Shown here one piece after another: positions 33,387 to 42,275 of a stretch of 64,000 nucleotides of DNA; position 1 is the first letter of the stretch; the number at the start of each line of letters is the position of its first letter. The DNA is from Gemmatimonadota bacterium. Lineage in GTDB: Bacteria; Gemmatimonadota; Gemmatimonadetes; Gemmatimonadales; GWC2-71-9. The notes beneath the pieces are model-generated. The model saw only the letters and a list, made by a program, of their open reading frames with translations, made no database searches and was not told where the DNA came from. The stretch spans positions 51,479 through 115,478 of the forward strand of contig JBDHBX010000006.1 of assembly GCA_039592335.1 (NCBI GenBank), given 5' to 3'. A program made the position numbers and the translations under genes.

Positions 33387-36215
33387 CTAGCCCGCTACCA
33401 ACCGCGCCAGGAACTCCTCCTGCGCGCTCAGCGCCTCAACCCCCCCCGCCGTGCGCTGCACGTACGTCCCGTCCTGCTGCATCTCCCACGCCTTGGGATC
33501 GGTCACCTCGATCTCCAGGATCTCGTCCAGCCGCGTTTGGATTGCGGGCTCCAGCACCGGCGTCACCACCTCGACCCGCCGGCGCAGATTCCGCCCCCGC
33601 CAGTCCGCGGAGCCGATGTAGAACTCGGGCGAGCCTGCGTTCGCGAACACGTAGATCCGGCCGTGCTCCAGGAACCGGCCCACCGCGCTCACCACCCGGA
33701 TGTTGTCCGACAGGCCGGGCACCCCCGGCCGCACGCAGCAGATTCCGCGGACCACGAGATCGATCTTCACGCCGGCCTTGGAGGCGTTGTACAAGGCCTC
33801 GATCACCTCGCTGTCGGACAGGCCGTTCAGCTTGGCCCGGATGTAACCCTGACCGCCCGCCGCCGCATGCTCCGTCTCGCGTGTGATCAACTCGTGGAAC
33901 CCGGTCAGCATGTAGGTGGGGGCCACGATCAGCTTGCGGAAGTCGGCCGCGGGCGGTCGGGAGGAGCCGGTGAGCTCGTTGAACAGGACGCCCGCATCGG
34001 TGCAGAGGTCCTCGTTGGCCGTGAGCAGATCGAAGTCGGTGTACTGCCGCGCCGTGGACGCGTTGTAGTTGCCCGTCCCGATGTGCACGTAGCGCTTCAG
34101 GGCATCGCCCTTGCGGCGCACCACGAGGGCGAACTTCGCGTGCGTCTTGTGCTTGACGAGCCCGGTGACCGTGTGGATGCCGCTGCGCTCGAGTTGCTTC
34201 GCCCAGAAGATGTTCAGCTCCTCATCGAAGCGCGCCTTGACCTCCACGAAGACGGAAATGTCCATCCCGGCCGCGGCGGCCTTCTTGAGCGCGTCGCTGA
34301 GCCGCGACGGTCCGCCCGGCCGGTACAGCGTGAGCTTGATGGAAACGACGTCGGGATCCTCGGCCGCCTCGCAGAGGAAGCGCTCGACCGTCTCCTCGTA
34401 CGACTCGTAGGGGCGGTGCACCAGTACGTCGCGCTCGTCCAGCACGTCGAACACCGACCGATCGGGCTCCATCGGCACGGTGGGTGTGAACACCGGGTAC
34501 TCGTGCTCGGGGAGCGGCAGCTCGGCCAGCTCGCTCACGGCTCCCAGATCGATGAGGCCGTCCAGCTCGTAGATATCCGAGGGGTCGAGCGGCACTCCCT
34601 GGCCCGACTCCTCCCGCCGCAGGTGGCTGAGGAGCAGGTCGCGCACCGGGAAGGGCATCGAGCGCTCCACCTCGATGCGCACGACCGCCCCCTGCGGCCG
34701 GCGCTTCACCTCGTCCTCGATGACCTCGAGGAAGGTCTCGGCCGTGGCGGTGCCGAACGTGACTTCGGCGCTGCGCGTGAGCCGGAAGGGAGCGACCTCG
34801 AGCACCTCCCGGTTCGGGTAGAGGGTGTCGATGTGTGCCCGAATGAGCTCCTCGATGGTTACGAAATCGTTCGTCTCCGGGAGCTGTACGAAGCGGGGTA
34901 GGGCATCGGCTACATCGAGCACCACGAAGTGGTCGCGCCCGGTGCGCTGGTCGCGCACGACCACCGCGAGGGAAAGGAGAAACTCCTCCACGTAGGGCAG
35001 CGGATGTCCCGGCGTGGTCGTGATGGCCTTCGGCGTGAGCAGCGGGAAGACCCGCTCGTCGAAGTAGCTCTTGAGATACTCCTGGGCCTCTTGGTCGAGT
35101 TGGTCGTACTCCAGAATCCGGACGCCGCTGGGCTCGAGCCCCCGCGCGCGCAGCTCGTCGAAGCAGCGGTACTGCCGCCGTACGAGGGCGTGCATCCGTG
35201 TGGTGATGGCGTTGAGCAGCTCCTTTGGGGTACGCCCGTCGATCGTCTTCTTGGTAACGCCTTCGGCAACCGCCTGCTTGAGGCCGCCCACCTTGATCAT
35301 GAAGAACTCGTCGATGTTGCGACCAAAGATCGACAGGAAGCGCAGACGCGCGAGGAGCGGTACGGCCGGATCCTCCGCCAGCGCCAGCACCCGGCCCTGG
35401 AACTCCAGTAGGCTGAGCTCGGGATTGATCGTCGCCGCCACCGGCTGCTCGACCTCTTCGGTCTCGGGGATGCCGAGCAGCGCCTTGGCGTCGAGGAACA
35501 CGGAGCCGCGCTTGCGCCTCGGGAGTGCCGGCGCCTCCCCGGTCGCGGTGCCCTTCTTGAGCTTGGGGGCCGGGGCCGCCACCGCCTCCTGGGCGTAGAT
35601 GTCGCCCACATTGAAGCGCCACATGTAGAGGGAAACGATGTTAAACAAGAGGGATACCACGAAGGCGACCGCGAGCGCCTGAATCCCCGCCGCGAGCCCC
35701 ACCGAGATCGCCAGGAAGATGTACACCGCGTCCTTGGTGTCCTGCAGCGTGTGGCGAAACCGCACGGCGGCGACGATCCCCGCGAGGCTGAACGCCAGGG
35801 CGATGGAGTCCTGCACGATGATCACGATGCCCGTCACCGCGATCGGGAGCATGATGATCGTGTGCACCATCGACTGGTCGTAGCGTACCTCGCGCTTGGT
35901 CGTGATGTAGACCTTGGCAATGGGGATCGCGAGCAGCAGTGCGCCGAGGATGGCGATGAAGGTGCGGAGCGCCGGGTAGGGCCGCGCCAGAAAGCCGCCA
36001 GCCTCCTCCGTCCCGAGCTGTGCCTCGGGCTGCAGCTCGGGCGGGATGTCTGTCGCCCCTGGCACATTGTACCCTAGCAGTTCGCGGGCGCGCTCCATCG
36101 AGAACGCGCTCTGCAGCAGCGGCAGCAGCTTGACGAGAAGAACGAGGGCCACGGCCAGCAGGAAGTAGTACCCCACGGTCCGGACGATGGGAGACTGGAA
36201 GAACCGGCGGATCAT
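33387..36215 (-). CDS. DUF4956-type membrane domain fused to a second polyphosphate kinase 1
   Basis: N-terminal multi-TM region with SIALAFSLAGIVAAVRFR...DAVYIF; C-terminal Ppk1 motifs NIDEFF, HRPY, KARFDE, KTHAK, HIGTGNYN, FLEHGR, GSADW, all in one 942-aa frame. Confidence 0.88.
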   Translation of the reverse strand: MIRRFFQSPIVRTVGYYFLLAVALVLLVKLLPLLQSAFSMERARELLGYNVPGATDIPPELQPEAQLGTEEAGGFLARPYPALRTFIAILGALLLAIPIAKVYITTKREVRYDQSMVHTIIMLPIAVTGIVIIVQDSIALAFSLAGIVAAVRFRHTLQDTKDAVYIFLAISVGLAAGIQALAVAFVVSLLFNIVSLYMWRFNVGDIYAQEAVAAPAPKLKKGTATGEAPALPRRKRGSVFLDAKALLGIPETEEVEQPVAATINPELSLLEFQGRVLALAEDPAVPLLARLRFLSIFGRNIDEFFMIKVGGLKQAVAEGVTKKTIDGRTPKELLNAITTRMHALVRRQYRCFDELRARGLEPSGVRILEYDQLDQEAQEYLKSYFDERVFPLLTPKAITTTPGHPLPYVEEFLLSLAVVVRDQRTGRDHFVVLDVADALPRFVQLPETNDFVTIEELIRAHIDTLYPNREVLEVAPFRLTRSAEVTFGTATAETFLEVIEDEVKRRPQGAVVRIEVERSMPFPVRDLLLSHLRREESGQGVPLDPSDIYELDGLIDLGAVSELAELPLPEHEYPVFTPTVPMEPDRSVFDVLDERDVLVHRPYESYEETVERFLCEAAEDPDVVSIKLTLYRPGGPSRLSDALKKAAAAGMDISVFVEVKARFDEELNIFWAKQLERSGIHTVTGLVKHKTHAKFALVVRRKGDALKRYVHIGTGNYNASTARQYTDFDLLTANEDLCTDAGVLFNELTGSSRPPAADFRKLIVAPTYMLTGFHELITRETEHAAAGGQGYIRAKLNGLSDSEVIEALYNASKAGVKIDLVVRGICCVRPGVPGLSDNIRVVSAVGRFLEHGRIYVFANAGSPEFYIGSADWRGRNLRRRVEVVTPVLEPAIQTRLDEILEIEVTDPKAWEMQQDGTYVQRTAGGVEALSAQEEFLARLVAG

Positions 36216-36325
36216 GTCAGCTTACGGCGCTCCGGTGGCAGTCGGCGTCAGGCACACTACGGGGTCGCAGGCGCCCACCAAACTATGACCCGCTAGGGGG
36301 TGCCGCCAGAGGGAGGGGGAACGAG

Positions 36326-36349
36326 AGAGGGGAGCCGAAGCTCCCCTCT
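36326..36349 (-). terminator. Terminator hairpin after the DUF4384 gene
   Basis: Minus strand AGAGGGGAGC-TTCG-GCTCCCCTCT, perfect 10-bp stem with a C(UUCG)G loop. Confidence 0.65.
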
Positions 36350-36356
36350 GGTGTGG

Positions 36357-38204
36357 CTACGGGCGCCGGGGCCGGGGCCGGGTCCGCGGCGCCGAGGGCC
36401 GCGATGGTGCGGCGCGCGGCCGCGGCGGGCTCGACCGCACCTGCGGGCGCGGGCTCGACGGCCTGCTCGACGGGCGCGCCTGCGGCTGCGACGGGCGCCG
36501 CGTCGGCTGCGAGCGGATCTGCGTCGGGCTGGGTCGCGGCGTGGACGGGGTCGGTGACACCCGCCGTTCCAGCGTCGGTCGTCCCGGCGTAGCCCTACTG
36601 GGGGCCGCTCCGGCTCGTGGTGCCGAGCGCTGCGGACTCGTGATCTGTCGCAGCGTGCTGCGCAGTGAGTTCTTGCTCTCCGTCGGCGGCTGCGCGGTGG
36701 GACGCCGCGGGCTCACGTTCCGTTGCTGCAGTGTCTGGCGCGTCCCGGTCCTTCCGCCGGCTCCCGACGCGGCCGCCGAGCCCGAGCCCGTTTGCCGGCG
36801 CTGCGACACCGACCGTCCGCTGGCACCCTCGGTGCCGGACCGCGGCTGCGCGGTGCGCGTGGCGCGCTCTCCCTCTGGGGTGCGCGGCTGCAGGTTGGGC
36901 GGCTGTTGCACGCGTCGGCCTGTGTTCTGCGTGGCGTCCGAGTCCGGCGACCGATCCTGCATGCGCACCGTGCGCCGTCCGTCGGTCATGCCCCAGCCTT
37001 CGGGCTGCACCTGCCGGTCGGTCGTATTGGACGTGGGCGCGCTGCGCCGCTCGATGCTCGGTCGCCCCGTGGTGCTGGCCCGGCCGGTGCCGGCGGCTCC
37101 CGATGTCGGGGCGACACGCCGGCCCGCCGTCTGGGCGCTTGTTCCCGTCACGCGCCGGGCACCGCTCTGCACCGTGGCCGGTGCGGTGCGCCGCGAAGCC
37201 GTTCCCACATACCGGCTGTAGGATGCGAACTGGCCGCTCGTGGTGGCGCGGCGGCTGCGCTGCCATGTGGTGATGCCGCCGTTCGCCAACCCCGCCCGGT
37301 TGCTCCCCTTGAACGTGTAGCGCGGCAGTACGTAGGCACCCACACCGTAGTTGTAGTACGAGTTACCGTAGTAGCCGCCGCCGTAGTACGGATAGCCCCC
37401 GGCGTGATAGTACGGGCCGCGATAGTAGCAGCACCCGTAGTACGGGTAGTAGCCGTAGTGGTGCGGCCAGTAGTACGGACGGTACCAGGAGTACGGGTAG
37501 TAGCCGTACCCGTAGTAGGGGTAACCCCAGCCCCAGCCGATCCCGATGCTTCCCCATCCCCACCCGATGCCGAAGCCGAAGTACGGCCCGCCGTACCAGC
37601 CGCCGTACCCGTAGTAGGGATAGCCGTAGCCGTAGCCGAAACCGGCACCCACATACACCGTCCCGCCTCCGCCTGAGCTCGCCGTCTGCTCTGCGACGGC
37701 GTAGTGCGTCAGGTCGTAGTCAAAGCGCGAGACATCACCGGCCATTTGGTGGACCAGTGCGGTGAGCTCCGCTTCGGCGTCGAGCCCCTCGTTGAGCCGC
37801 CAGGTCTCGAACAGGCGATAGTCCCAGTGGTCGTTCCGCACGAACTCGCCGAACTGGAACGGATCGCGCGAGAAGGCGGCATAGACGGTGCCGACACCGC
37901 TGGCCGTGTAGATCTGGAACGCCTCCCGGTCGCCGCGTCCCCGCACCTCGAAGTCCTGGGCGCCGCGTACGTAGTTGTCGTGGAAGGGGTCCAGCGGGAA
38001 GAGGACCCGGATCCTGCCGTCCGCCTCAGCGTGCAGGATCAGGAGGTACCCGTCCGTCTCGACGCGCGTGTAGACCTTGACCCGCGTCCCGCGCTTGATG
38101 TCGCCCCCCTTGTTGAGCCAGACTTTGACGGGCGGCTCCTGCGTGCTCGGGATCGCTTCGGTCGGCGCGAGCGTCAGTGTGGTGAGCAGTAGCGCAGTGA
38201 GCAT
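36357..38204 (-). CDS. Secreted DUF4384-domain protein with a Tyr/Gly-rich segment and an Arg/Pro/Ser/Thr-rich tail
   Basis: Signal peptide; DGYLLILHAEADGRIRVLFP (DUF4384-like); GGAGG RBS. Confidence 0.8.
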   Translation of the reverse strand: MLTALLLTTLTLAPTEAIPSTQEPPVKVWLNKGGDIKRGTRVKVYTRVETDGYLLILHAEADGRIRVLFPLDPFHDNYVRGAQDFEVRGRGDREAFQIYTASGVGTVYAAFSRDPFQFGEFVRNDHWDYRLFETWRLNEGLDAEAELTALVHQMAGDVSRFDYDLTHYAVAEQTASSGGGGTVYVGAGFGYGYGYPYYGYGGWYGGPYFGFGIGWGWGSIGIGWGWGYPYYGYGYYPYSWYRPYYWPHHYGYYPYYGCCYYRGPYYHAGGYPYYGGGYYGNSYYNYGVGAYVLPRYTFKGSNRAGLANGGITTWQRSRRATTSGQFASYSRYVGTASRRTAPATVQSGARRVTGTSAQTAGRRVAPTSGAAGTGRASTTGRPSIERRSAPTSNTTDRQVQPEGWGMTDGRRTVRMQDRSPDSDATQNTGRRVQQPPNLQPRTPEGERATRTAQPRSGTEGASGRSVSQRRQTGSGSAAASGAGGRTGTRQTLQQRNVSPRRPTAQPPTESKNSLRSTLRQITSPQRSAPRAGAAPSRATPGRPTLERRVSPTPSTPRPSPTQIRSQPTRRPSQPQARPSSRPSSPRPQVRSSPPRPRAAPSRPSAPRTRPRPRRP

Positions 38205-38312
38205 CGTTCCTCCCGGGTCGTGGGCTCCGCGGCCGGTCGCCGCGGGCGCCGTGACCGCCCCGCGAGGGCACCCGCCCCCAGCGGGGACACACTTGTTCCA
38301 CCCACCAATTAG

Positions 38313-38328
38313 GCAAGTTGCGGGCCAG
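38313..38328 (-). promoter_or_regulatory. Putative sigma54 (-24/-12) promoter of the DUF4384 gene
   Basis: Minus strand CTGGCCCGCAACTTGC = GG-N10-GC; IHF-like sites CAAGTGATTGA and CAACACTTTA just upstream. Confidence 0.65.
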
Positions 38329-38403
38329 ACCCCAAGTGATTGACCTGCAACACTTTACGTATTCCTCAACCCACCCGAAACGTCCTCAGTTCCGGACAGG
38401 CTG

Positions 38404-39525
38404 TCACACCCAGCCCTCCTTGCGGAACGAGCGCAGCACCTCGGCGAAGGCCTCCATCTCCATCGGGGTGCCGATCGAGAGCCGGCAGTGGTCCAGCATC
38501 GGGGGGAACGGCCGTCCCACCCAGATGCCCAGCTCCCGCATGCGCTGGCGGTAGGCCTGGAGCTCCCCGTTTATGCGGTGCATCACGAAGTTGGTGTGGC
38601 TCGGCATGTAGGCCAGCCCCAGCTCCTCGAGGCAGTCGTACAGGATCGCCTTGCCCCGCTCGTTCACGTCGAGACTCTGCCGCACGAAGTCGGGATCCTG
38701 CAGGCTGGCCAGGCCGGCGACGGTGGCGAAGTGGTTCGCGTTGTTCCGCACCCGAAACCGCCGCACGTGCTGCGCGGTCTCGGGGTGAGCGATCGCGTAG
38801 CCGAGCCGGATGCCTGCCATCCCATACACCTTGGAGAAGGTGCGGGCCACGATCACGTTGGGGCGGTCGGGTACCCACTTGAGGGCCGACCAGTAGCGGG
38901 TATCGCGCGCGTAGTCGTAGTACGCCTCGTCCACCAGGAAGTACATGTTCTCGGGCGCCGATTCGATCCAGGCGTCGATCGTCGCGCTCGGCGTGAGCGT
39001 GCCCGTCGGGTTGTTCGGGTTGCACAGGTAGACGAGGACGGGCCCCGTCGCGGCGTTGGCCGCATCCCGCATGCGCTCCACGTCGTGCGCGCCGTCGGGC
39101 AGCAGCGGCACCTTCGCCAGCCGAATGTCGAAGGGCCCGGCATACCACGGCGCGTCCTCGTAGGTCGGCTCGGCGAGCACCAGGGTGCCCCCTGGGGCCG
39201 CCAGGGCCTGCACCGCCATCTTGAGTACCTCGGTGGAGCCGGCGCCCACGACGAAGGTATCGCCCGGCATCCCGTGCTTCGTGGCGAGCGCCCGGATCAG
39301 CTCGCCGCGCCCCCGTGGGTAGCGGTTCGCGTCCACCATCCCCTCGATGATCGCCTGCCGCGCCATGGGTGAGATGCCCAGGGGGTTCTCGTTGGAGCTC
39401 AGGCGGATGGGCTTCTCGGGATCGAAGCGAGGCGTCGCATCGAGGAAACGCGGCGCCAGAGTAGTGCTCCCCGCGCCCATCAGGCCGGCCGCGATGCTCG
39501 TACGGAAGAAGGTGCGTCGCTGCAT
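38404..39525 (-). CDS. HisC-like class I/II PLP aminotransferase with a twin-arginine signal peptide
   Basis: MQRRTFFRT Tat motif; LSSNENP, CNPNNPTG, DEAY, RTFSKVYGMAGIRLGY. Confidence 0.9.
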   Translation of the reverse strand: MQRRTFFRTSIAAGLMGAGSTTLAPRFLDATPRFDPEKPIRLSSNENPLGISPMARQAIIEGMVDANRYPRGRGELIRALATKHGMPGDTFVVGAGSTEVLKMAVQALAAPGGTLVLAEPTYEDAPWYAGPFDIRLAKVPLLPDGAHDVERMRDAANAATGPVLVYLCNPNNPTGTLTPSATIDAWIESAPENMYFLVDEAYYDYARDTRYWSALKWVPDRPNVIVARTFSKVYGMAGIRLGYAIAHPETAQHVRRFRVRNNANHFATVAGLASLQDPDFVRQSLDVNERGKAILYDCLEELGLAYMPSHTNFVMHRINGELQAYRQRMRELGIWVGRPFPPMLDHCRLSIGTPMEMEAFAEVLRSFRKEGWV

Positions 39526-39554
39526 GAGACCCCTCGCGAGAGTGGAATGGGTAA

Positions 39555-40106
39555 CTAGGCTGAGCTGTCCTCCAACTTCACCCGGATGCTGCACGTCGGA
39601 TCGCCGCGCTCCATGCAGCTGCTCTCGGTCACGTTGACACGCTGGCCGTAGTGCTGGGCCACGCCGTGCACCAGTCCCTTGGCGAAGCCGCACATGCGGC
39701 GTGGGGAGCTGTAGGAGATGAGCACCTCGTTCGCGCTCTCGCGGCTGCACCCGAGCGTGGGCGGTTTGGCTTCCGGGTTCTTACGGCGGATCAGCTCGTG
39801 GATCATGTCCTCGGTGTTCTCGAGCAGATCGAGCGTGTTCCATTCCGGCTTGATCATCGGTCCGTACACCTGCACCAGGTCCGCCACGATGAAGCTGCCG
39901 AAGTCCTCCTGCATCTCTGCGGCCTGCTGCTTCCCCCGCTCAGCCGCCGCCGTGAGCAGGGCCACCGCCTCTTCATCGGAGTACTCGTTGACGTTCAGGA
40001 ACACCTGCCGTTCGACACCGGCCGCATGCAGCAGCTCGGGCCAGGTGCCCTCACCGAATCGGTCTTCGGCGTACTTCCTCAGCTCGGCGAAGATGAGTCC
40101 GTACAT
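39555..40106 (-). CDS. H-NOX heme NO-binding protein
   Basis: MYGLIF N-terminus, Y-S-D, proximal His in MIHELIR, YSSPR (YxSxR), CM..G...C. Confidence 0.92.
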   Translation of the reverse strand: MYGLIFAELRKYAEDRFGEGTWPELLHAAGVERQVFLNVNEYSDEEAVALLTAAAERGKQQAAEMQEDFGSFIVADLVQVYGPMIKPEWNTLDLLENTEDMIHELIRRKNPEAKPPTLGCSRESANEVLISYSSPRRMCGFAKGLVHGVAQHYGQRVNVTESSCMERGDPTCSIRVKLEDSSA

Positions 40107-40178
40107 GGGGATCCCCCGTCAGGCATCAGGGCAAAGATGCGTCCCGGTCCGGCGGGGCGCGAGGCGGCTGGTTAGGAC

Positions 40179-40844
40179 CTAGGGTCCCCACTCCTCGCCG
40201 TTCCAGCACATCTCCCAGAACTGCCACTCGTAGCGGCTCGAGATCACGAAGAGCTCGGTGAGGCGAGCGTGCTTCTCGTCGCCGGCGCCCGCCGCGACCC
40301 GGTCGAGCTCTGCCCTGAGCCACTCAGCGGCTTGCGCGAACTCGTCGGAGGCGTACTGCTGGATCCAGTCGGCGTAGCGTTCGTCCTCGGGCGCCTTGCC
40401 CTTTGCCAGGTACTGCCCGATGTACACGTAACCCCACGCACAGGGGAGGAGCGCAGCCAAGAGATCCGCCATGTCGCCGTCGGCCGACGTGCGTACCAGG
40501 AAATCGGTGTAGGCACGCGTGGTCGGCCACATCGGCGTGGCCTCGAGCTCTTCACCCGAGATGCCGAAGCGCTCAGCGTAGGAGCGGTGCAGCGCCATTT
40601 CGGTGTTGAGCGTGAGGTTGAGGACCGTGGCGTACCAGCTCATGGAGTCGAGCCGGTCTGCCTTTGCCACCGCCCACGCGAAGATCCTCGCGAACTCCTT
40701 GAGGTACAGATAGTCCTGCAGCACCCACCGCCTGAATCGCTCCTCTTCGAGGGAGCCGTCGCCCAGGCCCTTGACGAACGGGTGCTCCAGCTGGGCGTCC
40801 CAGGTGGGTTTGGCGGCGGTGTACAGCTCTTGAGTTAGGGTCAT
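40179..40844 (-). CDS. tenA: Thiaminase II (TenA, catalytic-Cys type)
   Basis: HPFVKGLGDGSL, QDYLYL, LLPCAWGY, YEWQFWEM. Confidence 0.93.
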   Translation of the reverse strand: MTLTQELYTAAKPTWDAQLEHPFVKGLGDGSLEEERFRRWVLQDYLYLKEFARIFAWAVAKADRLDSMSWYATVLNLTLNTEMALHRSYAERFGISGEELEATPMWPTTRAYTDFLVRTSADGDMADLLAALLPCAWGYVYIGQYLAKGKAPEDERYADWIQQYASDEFAQAAEWLRAELDRVAAGAGDEKHARLTELFVISSRYEWQFWEMCWNGEEWGP

Positions 40845-40878
40845 GGGCGTCTCTTCACGGTGTACTCGAGTTCCCTGT

Positions 40879-41529
40879 CTACGTCCCCGGCCACCCCTCT
40901 CCGGTCGCCGCCATCTCCCAGAAGGCGATCTCGTACTTGGTGGTGAGCTCGAAGTACTCGGCCATGCGCTCCCGCTCAGCGGAGCCCACCTGCGCGGCGA
41001 GCTTGTTTACCTCTCCCTCGAGGTAGGCGACGTACCCGCCGAACGCGTCTCCCGCCCAGTTCTCCACGAAGGGGTACCACTTCGAGTCCTGTGCGATACC
41101 GGCTTGCACCACCTTCCACGAGTCGTGGTACGCCTTTTCTGCCACGTACAGCACCGTGTAGGCCTCGGCATAGGAGGCACAGTACGCCGTCGCCAGCAGG
41201 AACTGGATGTAGGCGTGATTCGTGAACGACGGGGGGGCGCCGCGCAGGTCCACGCCCGCCGCCGCGGCGCGCTCCTCGAACAGCTTTAGCTCCCTCTCCA
41301 GCGCCGTGATCACCCCGGCCAGGGGTTCCCAGTGGTCGCGGGGGGAACGGGGGATGAGTGCCGAGATGAACGGGATGGCCGCCTCGACGAACAGGTAATC
41401 CTGGCGCATCCAGATGGCGAAGCGATCGTCGGCGATGGTGCCGTCTCTGGTCTCGGTGAGGAACCGATGACGCAGCATCGTATCCCACAGCGGCTTCACG
41501 CGGGAGAGCTGTTCCTGACTGAACGTCAC
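40879..41529 (-). CDS. TenA family protein lacking the catalytic Cys (TenA_E-like)
   Basis: HRFL..TRDGT, QDYLFV, LYVAEKAY in place of the LPC motif, YEIAFWEM; GGAGG before GTG 41529. Confidence 0.85.
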   Translation of the reverse strand: MTFSQEQLSRVKPLWDTMLRHRFLTETRDGTIADDRFAIWMRQDYLFVEAAIPFISALIPRSPRDHWEPLAGVITALERELKLFEERAAAAGVDLRGAPPSFTNHAYIQFLLATAYCASYAEAYTVLYVAEKAYHDSWKVVQAGIAQDSKWYPFVENWAGDAFGGYVAYLEGEVNKLAAQVGSAERERMAEYFELTTKYEIAFWEMAATGEGWPGT

Positions 41530-41746
41530 GGGCGGGGCCTCCGGGTAGGGGTGGCAGCACGATGAGCGGCGAAGGCATCGTCCGTGAAAGGGAAGCGCAA
41601 TCGGCTGGGTGTCGCAAGTGTGAGGGGGCGGCGTCCCGCACCTACGGGCCAGCTCGCCCAGCATGGGGCGAGACGTTGACATCGGGGGGCCCGGGTCGGA
41701 CATTCTCGCGGCACCATAACCCTGGAACTCTTCCTTGGAGGGCACG

Positions 41747-42214
41747 ATGCGGCGAGCAGGAATGGCTCTTTCTCTTACGACCGTGCTGACACTCGTGGCC
41801 ACGGCATGCCAGCCCATGGTGGATTACGCTGCGGAAGAGCAGGCGATACGCGACCTGGATGCCGAATGGGTAGCGGCCGTGGCCGCCGGGGACGCGGCGA
41901 AGTGTGCCTCGTTCTACGCGCCGGACGGCTACCTCCTGCCTCCCGGCATGGATCCCGTGACGGGCGCCGAAGCCCTCGAGCAGGTGTGGGCCGGCGTGAT
42001 CGAGGCGATGCCCTACCTCACGTTCGAGCCGACCATGATCGTGGTCGCCGCCGCCGGGGACATGGCGTGGGATTACGGGACCTATGAGGTCAGGGCCGAG
42101 CCCGATGGAGCCACCGTCGATCACGGGAAGTACCTGGTCGTGTGGCAGAAGCTCGACGGTGAGTGGAAGGTCATGGCCGATATGTTTAACACGAGCGTGG
42201 CTGCGGCCATGTAG
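41747..42214 (+). CDS. DUF4440/SnoaL-like (NTF2 fold) lipoprotein
   Basis: Lipobox ATAC; GDMAWDYGTY, GKYLVVWQKLDGEWKV. Confidence 0.88.
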   Translation: MRRAGMALSLTTVLTLVATACQPMVDYAAEEQAIRDLDAEWVAAVAAGDAAKCASFYAPDGYLLPPGMDPVTGAEALEQVWAGVIEAMPYLTFEPTMIVVAAAGDMAWDYGTYEVRAEPDGATVDHGKYLVVWQKLDGEWKVMADMFNTSVAAAM

Positions 42215-42275
42215 CTAGGTGTGTAAGTAGCTGTTAAACAACTACTTGCGGCATCACGCCTGCGAGGCGGGCGGC

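Noticed and set aside
37330-37650. GTA/GCC-rich repetitive DNA
   Set aside because: Explained by Tyr/Gly codons of the DUF4384 gene; not an independent repeat element.
38404-39525. Assigning the symbol hisC
   Set aside because: The Tat signal and absence of other his genes argue against a histidine biosynthesis role.
41530-41740. TPP riboswitch expected upstream of tenA
   Set aside because: The CTGAGA and downstream aptamer signatures were not found on the minus strand; only a small hairpin near 41653-41672.
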